Positions 10,063 through 19,324 are shown, counted from the first letter of the stretch. The stretch: DNA of 60,424 bases from a virus (IMGVR_UViG_3300030329_003758:1-60424), one strand, 5' to 3'. The notes: generated by a model from the sequence alone, not told the origin. Numbers and translations: made by a program.

Positions 10063-11762
10063 TGGGACTTTCTAAGCCGGGTTTTCCAAATAGTACGACA
10101 GGTCAGGTTGGTGTACTGTCAGACTTAGAAGTCGATGGAACCACCGTTGTGGTCGATGAGACCAATAATAGACTTGGTGTTGGCCTGGCTGATCCCAAAA
10201 CCAAACTGACGGTCGAGGGCGCAGTAACTCTAAAGGAACAGGCTAACGCAGATGGAAACACTGCGGCTTACGGGCAACTGTGGGTGAAGACTGCTACTCC
10301 AAACGAGCTTTATTTCACGACCGATGCCGATGACGATATCCAGATTACGTCAGGCACATCAGTCGTCGGACCCGCAAGCGCGGTATCAATGTCCAACGGT
10401 TCGGACAACCGTGTCACCACAGCAACAGGCGCTTCGGCCCTGAACGGTGAAGCCAACCTGACGTTTGACGGTACGACGTTGGCGGTGAATACAGACGTTA
10501 CAGCTACGACGAACCATACGACTGTCGGCTCTCAAATCGATTACGACGCAACAGGAATTATCGCCTCTGGGCAAACCGGCCAGAACATTGCCCTCGATAT
10601 CGATATAAACTCAGACACTCCGACCATGGTTGGTACTGTCGTCAACTACGGAATCGACGTTGATGTCGTTGGTGGTACATCAGGAACCCAGACCTGCGTA
10701 GGTCTCGATGTTTCTGCCACTGGTGGAGATCTTAATTACGGGGGTATCTTTACAGGGTCTTCAGCGGACATTGTTGTAGGAGCGTCAGGAACCGCCGATG
10801 CGTGCAACATCTCCGCCAGGACGCACACCAGCGGAACTACAGCGGGTAAGAACCTCACCGTCCAGGCCGGAAGCGCGGTCACTGGTGGAAGTAACAACAT
10901 CAACGGTGGTGACCTGATCCTGAAGTCAGGAAGCGGAGACGGGACAGGAACCTCGTCTATGCAGTTCCACACCAAGGTGAGCGGAACTGACGGCGTTGCC
11001 GAGCGCATGCGTATTCACACTGATGGAAGTGTTGGTATCGGAACAAACGCACCTAGTGCTTTATTGCACGTCAAGGGTGCCACCCCAACTGTCTACTTCG
11101 AAGACACGGATACAAACTATGCGCTGAGTTTCAAGGATGGCTTGACCATGGGTTGGGGCTCGGTCGCTGACACAGACTCCTTCATGGAATTCGGCCCGAA
11201 TGCTGGCACTGGCTACAATCATCTCGACACTGCCGCTCGTGACTTCCACCTGTTTGGAACAAACACCACAACGGGATTCTTTATGGACGAGGGTTCCGGG
11301 CTCTTTGGCTTTGGAACCACCGCTCCCAGTACAACAGTGGTTGTTGAAGGCGCTGTTTCTCTTAAGGAGAGGTCTGCTGCGGAGAATAAGTTCACAGACT
11401 CAACCTGTGATTACAACAACGATCCCACGATTACGATGGACTCCACCGCAAACCTGCGGGTGGGATTGGCTGTCTCGGGCACAGGTATTCCAGCTGGTGC
11501 CACCGTCGCATCCATTACGAACTCGACCACCTTTGAGTTGAGTGCCTCTACTACGGGTGGCGCGGTTACAAACGGAACACTTACGTTCACCCCCAAAGCA
11601 GCGTATGGCCAGCTTTGGGTAAAGACCGCCACTCCAAACCAACTCTATTTCACGACCGACGCTGGGGATGATATTCAGCTTACGTCAGGAACATCTGCTG
11701 CTGGCGGCGGTGGCTCTAACGATGACCTCGATCTTGTCCTCCACATGCAAGTTTTCTCATAG
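10062..11762 (+). CDS. Tail fibre / receptor-binding protein (566 aa) with internal duplication
   Basis: Thr/Gly-rich, with typical fibre motifs (NRLGVGLADPKTKLTVEG; ERMRIHTDGSVGIGTNAPSALLHVKG; ALNGEANLTFDG). The block AAYGQLWVKTATPNxLYFTTDAxDDIQxTSGTS occurs twice. Confidence 0.85.
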   Translation: MGLSKPGFPNSTTGQVGVLSDLEVDGTTVVVDETNNRLGVGLADPKTKLTVEGAVTLKEQANADGNTAAYGQLWVKTATPNELYFTTDADDDIQITSGTSVVGPASAVSMSNGSDNRVTTATGASALNGEANLTFDGTTLAVNTDVTATTNHTTVGSQIDYDATGIIASGQTGQNIALDIDINSDTPTMVGTVVNYGIDVDVVGGTSGTQTCVGLDVSATGGDLNYGGIFTGSSADIVVGASGTADACNISARTHTSGTTAGKNLTVQAGSAVTGGSNNINGGDLILKSGSGDGTGTSSMQFHTKVSGTDGVAERMRIHTDGSVGIGTNAPSALLHVKGATPTVYFEDTDTNYALSFKDGLTMGWGSVADTDSFMEFGPNAGTGYNHLDTAARDFHLFGTNTTTGFFMDEGSGLFGFGTTAPSTTVVVEGAVSLKERSAAENKFTDSTCDYNNDPTITMDSTANLRVGLAVSGTGIPAGATVASITNSTTFELSASTTGGAVTNGTLTFTPKAAYGQLWVKTATPNQLYFTTDAGDDIQLTSGTSAAGGGGSNDDLDLVLHMQVFS

Positions 11763-11771
11763 GATTTCACG

Positions 11772-12137
11772 ATGGCGACTATTAGTAAGGTACTCCTTAG
11801 CGGGTCTACGCAGGGAAAAGGCATCAAGCTGACGGATACAAGCACGTCTGGAAATACAGATGCTGGGTATCTTATCCATACCGCTGTGTCCGGTACGACT
11901 GATATTGATGAGGTCTGGATATACGCATCTAATACCCACACTGGGGCCGTAACTCTCACTCTAGAATGGGGTGGTGTTACCTCGCCCGACGACCACATCA
12001 AAGCGGTTATCAACCCCAACGAGACAGTTCTTGTAGCTCCAGGGCTTCCTCTCCAGAACGGCTTGCTTATCAAAGCTTTCGCATCTGTGGCTGATAAGCT
12101 CATACTCTTTGGATATGTCAACCGGATGGATATCTAA
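11772..12137 (+). CDS. Tail-fibre-associated small virion protein (121 aa)
   Basis: AGGA RBS; IDEVWIYASN...LVAPGLPLQNG...FGYVNR pattern of the kind found in small proteins downstream of phage fibres. Confidence 0.75.
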   Translation: MATISKVLLSGSTQGKGIKLTDTSTSGNTDAGYLIHTAVSGTTDIDEVWIYASNTHTGAVTLTLEWGGVTSPDDHIKAVINPNETVLVAPGLPLQNGLLIKAFASVADKLILFGYVNRMDI

Positions 12138-13108
12138 TGGGCCGTAGACAAATCAATCCTGGGCCAATCAAGACCGGCCCAACAGCACAAAACAGCCGTG
12201 ACTATGTTCCTGGTATTAGTGATTGGATCTGCGTGAACCCGGTCCCCAACGGTGTGATGCCGGTAAACGTAAGCACGATTAGCGACGACTTAGCCAACGC
12301 TGTCGAGGGAGTTTGGTACTACTACGATCCGCACACTGTCGCTGATATTAGTGGGCATTCAAGTAACTGGGTCAGTGTTGGACCTAATGGGGTCGAGTTC
12401 TACGTAGACTTAGACAAGTCAAGCAGCATGAGAGCGGAGGAGAATCATGCGCTCTCGTGCCGTATTGCAACAATGTTTATGAAGCCAGACGGGACCGGCC
12501 AGTTCACTGCTGATGAAATACAGGGCATTGACTTCAGAATCGAAGCTGGAGAAAACATACCCCACGCAGATAACGAGCAGTTTGGAATCGGAATCGGTTT
12601 GGCAAAGGCTGAGATTTGCAGTACAGACAGCACCAACTCGAATGCTGAGAGAAAGTTCGGATTGTGTGCTTGCTACGGGGACACAGCCGTTGCTGGTGGT
12701 GCTGTCGGAAACGAACTTGGCTACCAAATGTATACTGCCTCTAATAATCAGGGAGACAATGGTGGGCCTCATACAGCGGTAACAGCCAGCTTTGAGTTCA
12801 GTCGAAAAGACGATGATGAGGTGGGCAGCGGATACGCGACCGGACACGGGATTGATTCGGATGGGGAATACAACACGGTCAAGAAGAACATGAACAACAC
12901 CCTATTTTGGGGTATTAACGACAAGATCTATCTTTGGATTCAGCCTTGGTCTTACAAGACCGTTTCAGCTACAGGGTCTGCCAACATCAAAAGAACCGGC
13001 GCGTTCAAACTCTGGTATAGGCTCCGCTATAGCTTGCATGGCCGCACACCTGATTGGATTGAAGGTCGTGTGAATAACCACTCTGGTGTCGTTTCGGATA
13101 GGTACTAA
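12137..13108 (+). CDS. Putative receptor-binding / lectin-like tail protein (323 aa)
   Basis: TAATG-coupled; Gly/Asn/Asp/aromatic beta-rich composition; lies in the fibre module. Function inferred from context only. Confidence 0.6.
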   Translation: MGRRQINPGPIKTGPTAQNSRDYVPGISDWICVNPVPNGVMPVNVSTISDDLANAVEGVWYYYDPHTVADISGHSSNWVSVGPNGVEFYVDLDKSSSMRAEENHALSCRIATMFMKPDGTGQFTADEIQGIDFRIEAGENIPHADNEQFGIGIGLAKAEICSTDSTNSNAERKFGLCACYGDTAVAGGAVGNELGYQMYTASNNQGDNGGPHTAVTASFEFSRKDDDEVGSGYATGHGIDSDGEYNTVKKNMNNTLFWGINDKIYLWIQPWSYKTVSATGSANIKRTGAFKLWYRLRYSLHGRTPDWIEGRVNNHSGVVSDRY

Positions 13109-13410
13109 TGTCAGTAATCACCCAAAGCGATGTACTCAAAGCAGCCGTATGGCTTGCTCCGATTATCTTCACAGCCGGTGGGTTGTTGTGGCAGTCGGGA
13201 GAGGTACGCGCCGAGTTGGTGACCCTCACCGCTGACTTCGATGACCATGAAAGATTGGAAGCTCATCCCGTCAGTGCTGTGCAGTTGGAAGAACACAATG
13301 CTGTACTTGAAGAACTCATGGTAGAACAGAGAGCAATGCGAGAAGAACAGACCGAACAGGCTGTGAACATCGCTGCTATCTGTCAGGCCACCGGAGCGAG
13401 GTGTAAGTAA
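13108..13410 (+). CDS. Membrane-anchored coiled-coil protein (possible lysis accessory)
   Basis: N-terminal hydrophobic helix AAVWLAPIIFTAGGLLW followed by a heptad-like acidic helix; upstream of holin and endolysin. Confidence 0.65.
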   Translation: MSVITQSDVLKAAVWLAPIIFTAGGLLWQSGEVRAELVTLTADFDDHERLEAHPVSAVQLEEHNAVLEELMVEQRAMREEQTEQAVNIAAICQATGARCK

Positions 13411-13814
13411 TGGAATACCAGTTTGTTATCGAGAAGCCTGGGAGAGGAGCGTGGCTCTACCAGTTCCTATCCAATAATCTAGACACCTTTGATACAGCTT
13501 CTTTCGACTTGAAGTCAGTATCTCGTGATGGGGATAAGGTTATTCTTGATGTTGAGATTGATATTGATCGTCTTGTATCTAGACTGGCTCAAGGAATTTT
13601 CCTTGGGAATCTGTATTTTCGGGAGGAAGGCTTCATAGTAAAGGCAGTAAGAACTATTAAACGAGCCCGTTCGCGTGGGAAGTTTAAGTCTGATGATCCT
13701 AAGACACCTGAGAATGAAGCCTGGGAGGGGGGGAAGGCACCGCCAAAGAAGAAAAAAGCAGCTCCCCGCAAACGAAAAGTGGTAGCTAAGAAGGCACCTG
13801 CCAAGAAGAAATAG
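13410..13814 (+). CDS. Hypothetical protein with RAR..GKF..DDP.TPENEAW motif and a Lys/Ala/Pro-rich tail
   Basis: TAATG-coupled; C-terminus KAPPKKKKAAPRKRKVVAKKAPAKKK. Confidence 0.75.
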   Translation: MEYQFVIEKPGRGAWLYQFLSNNLDTFDTASFDLKSVSRDGDKVILDVEIDIDRLVSRLAQGIFLGNLYFREEGFIVKAVRTIKRARSRGKFKSDDPKTPENEAWEGGKAPPKKKKAAPRKRKVVAKKAPAKKK

Positions 13815-13825
13815 CCGGGGGGACA

Positions 13826-14086
13826 GTGGAATCGCAATTTTTCGCCCAGCTTGTAGACCTGGGAATCACAGGACTGTTTATTGGTTACCTTCTCTGGAAG
13901 GACAAAGCCCAAACAAAAGCTCTTGCTGACTTTGTAGACCGGCTTCTTGAGACGCTGGCCAGCATAGAAAAAGAAAGAGAGGAAGGCTACGATAAGATCC
14001 GTGATCGATACGATGAGGTTATCGCCAAGTACGATGCAGAGCGCGATAAACTTCTCATGGATATCGCACGCAAACTGGATGGGTAA
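13826..14086 (+). CDS. Putative holin (single TM + coiled coil, BhlA/UviB-like)
   Basis: GTG start with GGGGGGA RBS; TM segment LGITGLFIGYLLW then a charged helix; directly upstream of the endolysin. Confidence 0.6.
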   Translation: MESQFFAQLVDLGITGLFIGYLLWKDKAQTKALADFVDRLLETLASIEKEREEGYDKIRDRYDEVIAKYDAERDKLLMDIARKLDG

Positions 14087-14871
14087 TGATGCTGCTTAAA
14101 AGCTGGCCTGTTCCCTCACGAGGGGATGCTGTCCGTTCTGTCCAGCGAGCGCTGAACCGGTTGGGCTTCGGCCCGTTGGATGAGGATGGGATCTTTGGAC
14201 GTGCTACTGACAATGCAGTGCGCCTGTTTCAGAAAGCAGAGAAGCTAGACATCGATGGGATCGTAGGCCCCAAGACACTTGCCATTCTTCAGAAGCCACT
14301 AACACCAGAAGATGAACCTACTGTCCTAAAAGCCCTCCGCAAGTTGGGTTACTCAGTTCATGAGAATGGGCAGTGCAATATTATTGGTGTTCGTAGCTCC
14401 AATGCTAAGGCGAATAGTTTTGATGATGAGATCCATCTGATCTGGAAAGAGGATGGGTGGCAACACAAGACTTATCCATGCACCTGTGATCCAGGCATGT
14501 ACTGGTTGGAGAACCCAAGTAAAGTCGAAGGGACCGCTATCCTAATCCCTGGGCAGTATGTCGATACCTATAAGTTTGATCTACATGCAGGGAGATATGA
14601 GACTCTGTGCCAACGTGGTGGGACTGTAAAGGTTTGGCGTGACAACAATAGAGACTCAACACTTGACCATAATGGCGAGGAAGATGAGGGCTGGTTTGGG
14701 ATTAATATCCACCACGCGGGCACGGACTCTACCAATGTAGAGAAGTGGAGTGCTGGTTGTCAGGTGTTTAAACGCTTGGAAGATTGGGAAGAAGCAGTAC
14801 AGATCTGGAAAGCTACAGGATCAGAGTGGTTTACCTATACGCTGATTAATGATAAAGATTTGGATTCCTAG
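14086..14871 (+). CDS. Endolysin: peptidoglycan-binding domain plus YkuD/L,D-transpeptidase-like catalytic domain
   Basis: PG_binding_1 motifs DGIFGRATDNAVRLFQ and DGIVGPKT; catalytic pattern GINIHH...WSAGCQV (His...SxGC). Confidence 0.85.
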   Translation: MMLLKSWPVPSRGDAVRSVQRALNRLGFGPLDEDGIFGRATDNAVRLFQKAEKLDIDGIVGPKTLAILQKPLTPEDEPTVLKALRKLGYSVHENGQCNIIGVRSSNAKANSFDDEIHLIWKEDGWQHKTYPCTCDPGMYWLENPSKVEGTAILIPGQYVDTYKFDLHAGRYETLCQRGGTVKVWRDNNRDSTLDHNGEEDEGWFGINIHHAGTDSTNVEKWSAGCQVFKRLEDWEEAVQIWKATGSEWFTYTLINDKDLDS

Positions 14872-14880
14872 GAGGAAAGC

Positions 14881-15114
14881 ATGGATATCAAAGCACTCAT
14901 GCAGAAGTATGGTGTGACCGTTGGCGTTGCCGGTGGTTGCCTTGTAGTTGGATCTCAGTTCGGATCCTGTACCGTGGACCCCATACCACCAGCACCAAAA
15001 GCAGAAACGGCCCCTGCCGAAGCAGAGGCCGAAAAACCAGAAGAGGCTGAAGAGACTGAAGAGACTGAAGAGTCAGTCGTCGTCGCACCCGCAAGCGGGG
15101 AGGGGAGCGAATAG
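14881..15114 (+). CDS. Small protein with hydrophobic N-terminus and acidic tail (possible lysis accessory)
   Basis: Strong AGGAGG RBS; 9-bp tandem repeats encoding EET units; last gene of the plus-strand arm. Confidence 0.7.
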   Translation: MDIKALMQKYGVTVGVAGGCLVVGSQFGSCTVDPIPPAPKAETAPAEAEAEKPEEAEETEETEESVVVAPASGEGSE

Positions 15115-15342
15115 CTTTCCACCTGATTGAATCAGGTGATACAGAAACCCACACAGGCGATCCACATCGTCGTGTGGGTCTTCTGTTTTTGGAGTCGTAG
15201 CTAGTACTCGACCTAAGGACACAACTTGAAGAGCATCTCCAGTGTCTATGACTTCGGAGCCCTCCAGAAAATCCTCTATCTCACGTACAAGACTTATTGT
15301 GTAGTGGAGCTTAAGCTTCTCTAGTCGTTCTGTATCTTCCAT
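15073..15342 (-). CDS. Hypothetical protein (89 aa)
   Basis: ATG lies 2 nt after the ATPase stop; last gene of the minus-strand replication arm; 42-nt convergent overlap with the 77-aa gene. Confidence 0.6.
   Translation of the reverse strand: MEDTERLEKLKLHYTISLVREIEDFLEGSEVIDTGDALQVVSLGRVLATTPKTEDPHDDVDRLCGFLYHLIQSGGKLFAPLPACGCDDD
15120..15138. repeat. Perfect inverted repeat at the convergence of the two genome arms
   Basis: CACCTGATT-G-AATCAGGTG. Confidence 0.6.
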
Positions 15343-15344
15343 GA

Positions 15345-16742
15345 TTATCCCATTGGGTTTAGTGTTTCTTGTTTAGCTATCTCTTCATCAACTTCTAGGA
15401 ATACAGGGATGGGATCCTCCTGAAACTCAAGATCAGGACCGATCTGCACATACTCCCACTTAGCCCTCTGCTTGCCCTTGGGGCGTTGCGTCGACATAAT
15501 CACCACCTGGGCAGGACAGTCATCAAGCGCTGCGAGAGTGCGGTAGAGCGTCTTGGGATCCCACATCCGGTCATCCAGAATGACGACAGATGGGACGCCA
15601 GGACGGGTCAAAGCCGCTGCCATGGCTCCGAGCACCCTTGCCTCTGTGCTGCCTGACAGGGCAATATGGAGCCCATTGGAGCGCTTCAGCGCAGGCTGGA
15701 AAATACCAGATGTGTTGATTGTAAACTCATCACCATCTGGGAGATAGTCGTTTACCCGATTGATGTAGCCACGTAGGTAAGGAGCAACCAGATTTTTCAT
15801 GGCTGCTTCGAGAGACTTCTCAAGCAAGTCAAACTCTTCTGACAGATCATCAGAAGAGATCTTCTGTTGTCGAGTCTCAGAGGCTACCTTGTAGAGAGAT
15901 TGTGTTGCTAGCATCTCGGTAAGTTTATCAGCAATCTTTGCAGAGCCAAACTTCTCAATCCCGATTAGCTCTTCTTTATCTCCCAAGGCCTGAACCTCAG
16001 TAGCCAGTAGTCCTCGCAAGTCTGCCTTCTCTTTATACATGCGTTTGAACTCTTCATATTTCAAAGCCCGGAATAGGGATTTCCAAGTCTCGTAGATGTC
16101 TTCGCTAGGTACATCCTGAGCACCTTGAAGCTCTCTAGTCACGTCAGTCAAAGCTTTAGACTTTGCCCGGTACTCCCGCTTGAGCTTCCCAGCTTTGTCC
16201 AACATCTCGACTACTTGGTCAGGAGTCAAAGAACCATCATGCGCAGAAGGAAGCGCAGCATTGAAAGCTTCCTCACTTGGCATCCGATTGGATTTAGGGA
16301 AGGCATCCCTCAACTCTTTTTTATCTAAAGCCTCGGCCAGGTTTCGAAAGAAAAATTTATATGCTGTGAGCGGCGACCCCATGAGCGCCTCTTTTAGCTC
16401 TGATACGGGGGCAACATAGCCACTGTAGCCCGTTCTCTTAGCCCGCTTACCTGGGCTGACTTCCCATCGGGCAGTGGAACCATCCGATAGTTCGACCTCA
16501 GCAAAGACCACTTCCTCATTCTCAGGGCATAGAGCGGAAAGCTGAGCACCAGTCTTCACTGTCTTAGGTCGCATGAACAGACCACTGACACTACCGGTAA
16601 GTGCAAGCTGCAGGGCTTCAGCTACCGTGCTCTTGCCACACTCATTCGGACCAATCAGCAGAGTCTTACCTCCGATCTGTGTTGTTCTAGGCTGCCCATC
16701 AGGACTCTTTATATTTGTAATGACTCTTACGATCTTCATCAT
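15345..16742 (-). CDS. Rad50/SbcC-like ABC-type ATPase (465 aa)
   Basis: Walker A GPNECGKST near the N-terminus, helical middle, signature LSGSTE, Walker B VVILDD. Confidence 0.8.
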   Translation of the reverse strand: MMKIVRVITNIKSPDGQPRTTQIGGKTLLIGPNECGKSTVAEALQLALTGSVSGLFMRPKTVKTGAQLSALCPENEEVVFAEVELSDGSTARWEVSPGKRAKRTGYSGYVAPVSELKEALMGSPLTAYKFFFRNLAEALDKKELRDAFPKSNRMPSEEAFNAALPSAHDGSLTPDQVVEMLDKAGKLKREYRAKSKALTDVTRELQGAQDVPSEDIYETWKSLFRALKYEEFKRMYKEKADLRGLLATEVQALGDKEELIGIEKFGSAKIADKLTEMLATQSLYKVASETRQQKISSDDLSEEFDLLEKSLEAAMKNLVAPYLRGYINRVNDYLPDGDEFTINTSGIFQPALKRSNGLHIALSGSTEARVLGAMAAALTRPGVPSVVILDDRMWDPKTLYRTLAALDDCPAQVVIMSTQRPKGKQRAKWEYVQIGPDLEFQEDPIPVFLEVDEEIAKQETLNPMG

Positions 16743-19267
16743 GTCTCCAACCAGTTAGTGCCGATCTCCGCTTCGGCTGTGTAATCAAGCTTATGGTTTG
16801 TCTTTCGACGGCGGTTCATTGCAGACTGGAGAATCTTTACAGCCTCCTCTGCATCATCCTCATGCACCTCAAAAAGAAGAGAGTCATGACATTGGTTTAC
16901 CAAGCCAGTCTTCTTGTTAAAGTTGAAAGGGAGGGCACCCCTGGTCGGCTCCAACATCGTGCCATCGATAGAATTAGTTGACCAACCAGGGATACCCAGA
17001 ACTAGTTCCAACATGGACTCGTGCACAATAGATGCACCACCAGATTGGATGGGATGATTTACAAGCTCATTCAGCTTTTCTTCATCCTTGAAGTCACGGC
17101 GTCGGTGCCACAAAGAATCATCGATGTAGCCCTGACGACGGTACAGTTGTTGAATCTTTCGCCACCACTTGGGGATCTCAGGGACTGCACGCTTCAGCCC
17201 ATTGACCACATCACGTACATCTCGGTGGGAAAGGTGTGCGTAGATTAGTGCGCCATCGTCATCCTCTACACTCACCACCTGCTGATGGATGGTGGGGATA
17301 CTCGCAGCGTACTGCCATGCATAGAAGACGTTCTTGGTAATACCGCGAGTAGTCTTGAAGACACCCTTGCCCTTATCAGCCCTGTTCTCAGGAGCACCAT
17401 CGAGTTCCCAGATGCTCTTACCATAGACAATCTCCATGTTCTCATTGTGAGGGTCGAGCTTGTCGTTAATGATTTTTAGGAGCCTCTCAGCATTAGCCTC
17501 CTCTGCCAACAAACGTAGCTCAAGCTGATCCATGTCAGCCCCAACGAACAAATGCCCCTCTTCAGGTATAAAGATGTCCCGCAGAAATGCTGGAATATTC
17601 TGCGCATTGGGCTCACTTGAAGAATATCTACCCGTGGCTGGCAATCTGTTGTAGGCTGGGTGAATCCGCCCATCGCTCATGATCAGCCTTTCCTTCATGG
17701 GCTTGATGTAGGTTCCAAGCAACTTGCTATACCTGCGAACCATCCGAACAGCCTGAACAAGCTCGCGCTGTTCCTCCTCCAGATTGTGGTGGGTGATCAT
17801 TGCCCGGAGAGTCTCATCATCCGTACTTGGGTCACCTGTCTTCTCGTTGTACTTCTCTGGAGTTAGCTTCCAGTTAGAGTAGAGAAGACTCCGCAGTTGG
17901 AGAGTAGAGTTAGCGTTGAACTCAGGACTGACAACCTGTGCACAGATCTTCTTGTTTTCTTCTAGCTTCCTCAAGAATTCAGACTCATGAAAAAAGAGTC
18001 GATCCTTGTCTACACGCATACCAAGGGTCTGCATGCCTACACCAACAGACTGTAGCTCATGCTCTCTCTGTAGAAGATGCCACTGACTTCTACCCCGAAC
18101 CACACGGGCAAGGGGTGCGGCTACCCTAGCGGTCGCGCAAGCATCCTTGGCGCAGTAGGTCCAAAGCTCTCTGTCATCCCGAGCATTTAGTGCAGTATGG
18201 TTTGCCTTCCATGCTTCTACAAAGTCTGTATAGACAGACGTGACGAAGCCCAGGTTGTGGGGCATTTCATTATCAGCCAACAGGTGTAGTAATAGAGTGT
18301 CGGCTGAGAGTTTGGGGGTGATGCCAATGGAGTTTTCAATGACAAGCCTGTCATATTGTCCAGCATTGTGCCCAATGATGGGGGGCTTACCCTCTTCTAG
18401 GAACCTAGCTAGCTCATCCCGAATCTTAATCTCTGTCTGTGGATCGAAGAACGAGGACTTGCCATCAATAGATAAGAACGGAATGACGATGCTACGGGTC
18501 AGGTTGGAGAGAGCTACACACCTGAGATTAGCGCTGATTGGATTACGAGAGTCAGTCTCAACGTCATAGGCAATCGGGTCACCAACTTCCTGGAAGTTTT
18601 TTAGGGCCGCTTTTAGAGCTGAGATTGACAAGATAAAATCTATCTCTGGATCCTTCCATGTTAGCTCGCCCTTGAAGAAGCGAAAGGCCCTAGCTATGTC
18701 GCCTTGAAAGACGCTCCTCCACTTAGGAGAGCGCAGCACAAATGCTGGGTGGACTGTGTAGGCTACCTTGACCTTTCCCCATGGCTTCTCGATTACCTCA
18801 CACGCCCCGCGTGTGCCCATGATGGATGTATAGGAACCCCGGATAGCAGTAGCAGCCGTCGAGCCCAGGCATATTATCTGAGTGAAGCCTTCAATCTCAT
18901 CATCAACACGCGGCTTACAGCACTCGTGTGGAGTGGGGTGCTCTGGCTTACCCTCTTTTCTCCTTTTTTTATTTGTCCTAGAGAGTCTCGTCATGAATGA
19001 ATCGAGTCTGTTCTGCGGAGGTCGGCAGGCCAGCACGTTATTTATCTGGCATTCATCTCGCTTGACACCGCAGTAATCTAAGGCTGCCTGAAGCTCCTGA
19101 CCTGATGGCCCAACGAAGGGTCTACCCTCTGCAACCTCATGACCACCAGGAGCCTCACCAATAATAAGGATCCGATCTTCAGGGTGGTGTTCTGTAAGGA
19201 CAGGAGCAAACTCCTCCTTACTCTTCCAAAGAGCCCCAAGGGGGCAGATGTCACATTTCGCTTTCAT
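16739..19267 (-). CDS. polA: Family A DNA polymerase with N-terminal family-4 uracil-DNA glycosylase domain and 3'-5' exonuclease (SPO1-type architecture)
   Basis: UDG: CDICPL, GEAPG..E...GRPFVGPSG, CRPP, HPAFVLR. Exonuclease: YDVETD, GHN...YD, YCAKD. Polymerase: TGRYSSSEPNAQNIP, motif A ADMDQLELRLLA, motif B RGITKNVFYAWQY, motif C CHDS. Confidence 0.95.
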   Translation of the reverse strand: MKAKCDICPLGALWKSKEEFAPVLTEHHPEDRILIIGEAPGGHEVAEGRPFVGPSGQELQAALDYCGVKRDECQINNVLACRPPQNRLDSFMTRLSRTNKKRRKEGKPEHPTPHECCKPRVDDEIEGFTQIICLGSTAATAIRGSYTSIMGTRGACEVIEKPWGKVKVAYTVHPAFVLRSPKWRSVFQGDIARAFRFFKGELTWKDPEIDFILSISALKAALKNFQEVGDPIAYDVETDSRNPISANLRCVALSNLTRSIVIPFLSIDGKSSFFDPQTEIKIRDELARFLEEGKPPIIGHNAGQYDRLVIENSIGITPKLSADTLLLHLLADNEMPHNLGFVTSVYTDFVEAWKANHTALNARDDRELWTYCAKDACATARVAAPLARVVRGRSQWHLLQREHELQSVGVGMQTLGMRVDKDRLFFHESEFLRKLEENKKICAQVVSPEFNANSTLQLRSLLYSNWKLTPEKYNEKTGDPSTDDETLRAMITHHNLEEEQRELVQAVRMVRRYSKLLGTYIKPMKERLIMSDGRIHPAYNRLPATGRYSSSEPNAQNIPAFLRDIFIPEEGHLFVGADMDQLELRLLAEEANAERLLKIINDKLDPHNENMEIVYGKSIWELDGAPENRADKGKGVFKTTRGITKNVFYAWQYAASIPTIHQQVVSVEDDDGALIYAHLSHRDVRDVVNGLKRAVPEIPKWWRKIQQLYRRQGYIDDSLWHRRRDFKDEEKLNELVNHPIQSGGASIVHESMLELVLGIPGWSTNSIDGTMLEPTRGALPFNFNKKTGLVNQCHDSLLFEVHEDDAEEAVKILQSAMNRRRKTNHKLDYTAEAEIGTNWLET

Positions 19268-19324
19268 TTACTATAGGTGCCAAAGAGAGAAAGTTTGCGA
19301 AGAAAACTGAAAAAAGTCTTGAGG

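Noticed and set aside
14881-15114. Outer-membrane spanin lipoprotein call
   Set aside because: The cysteine contexts (AGGC, FGSC) are poor lipoboxes and the tail is acidic low-complexity; left as a possible lysis accessory.
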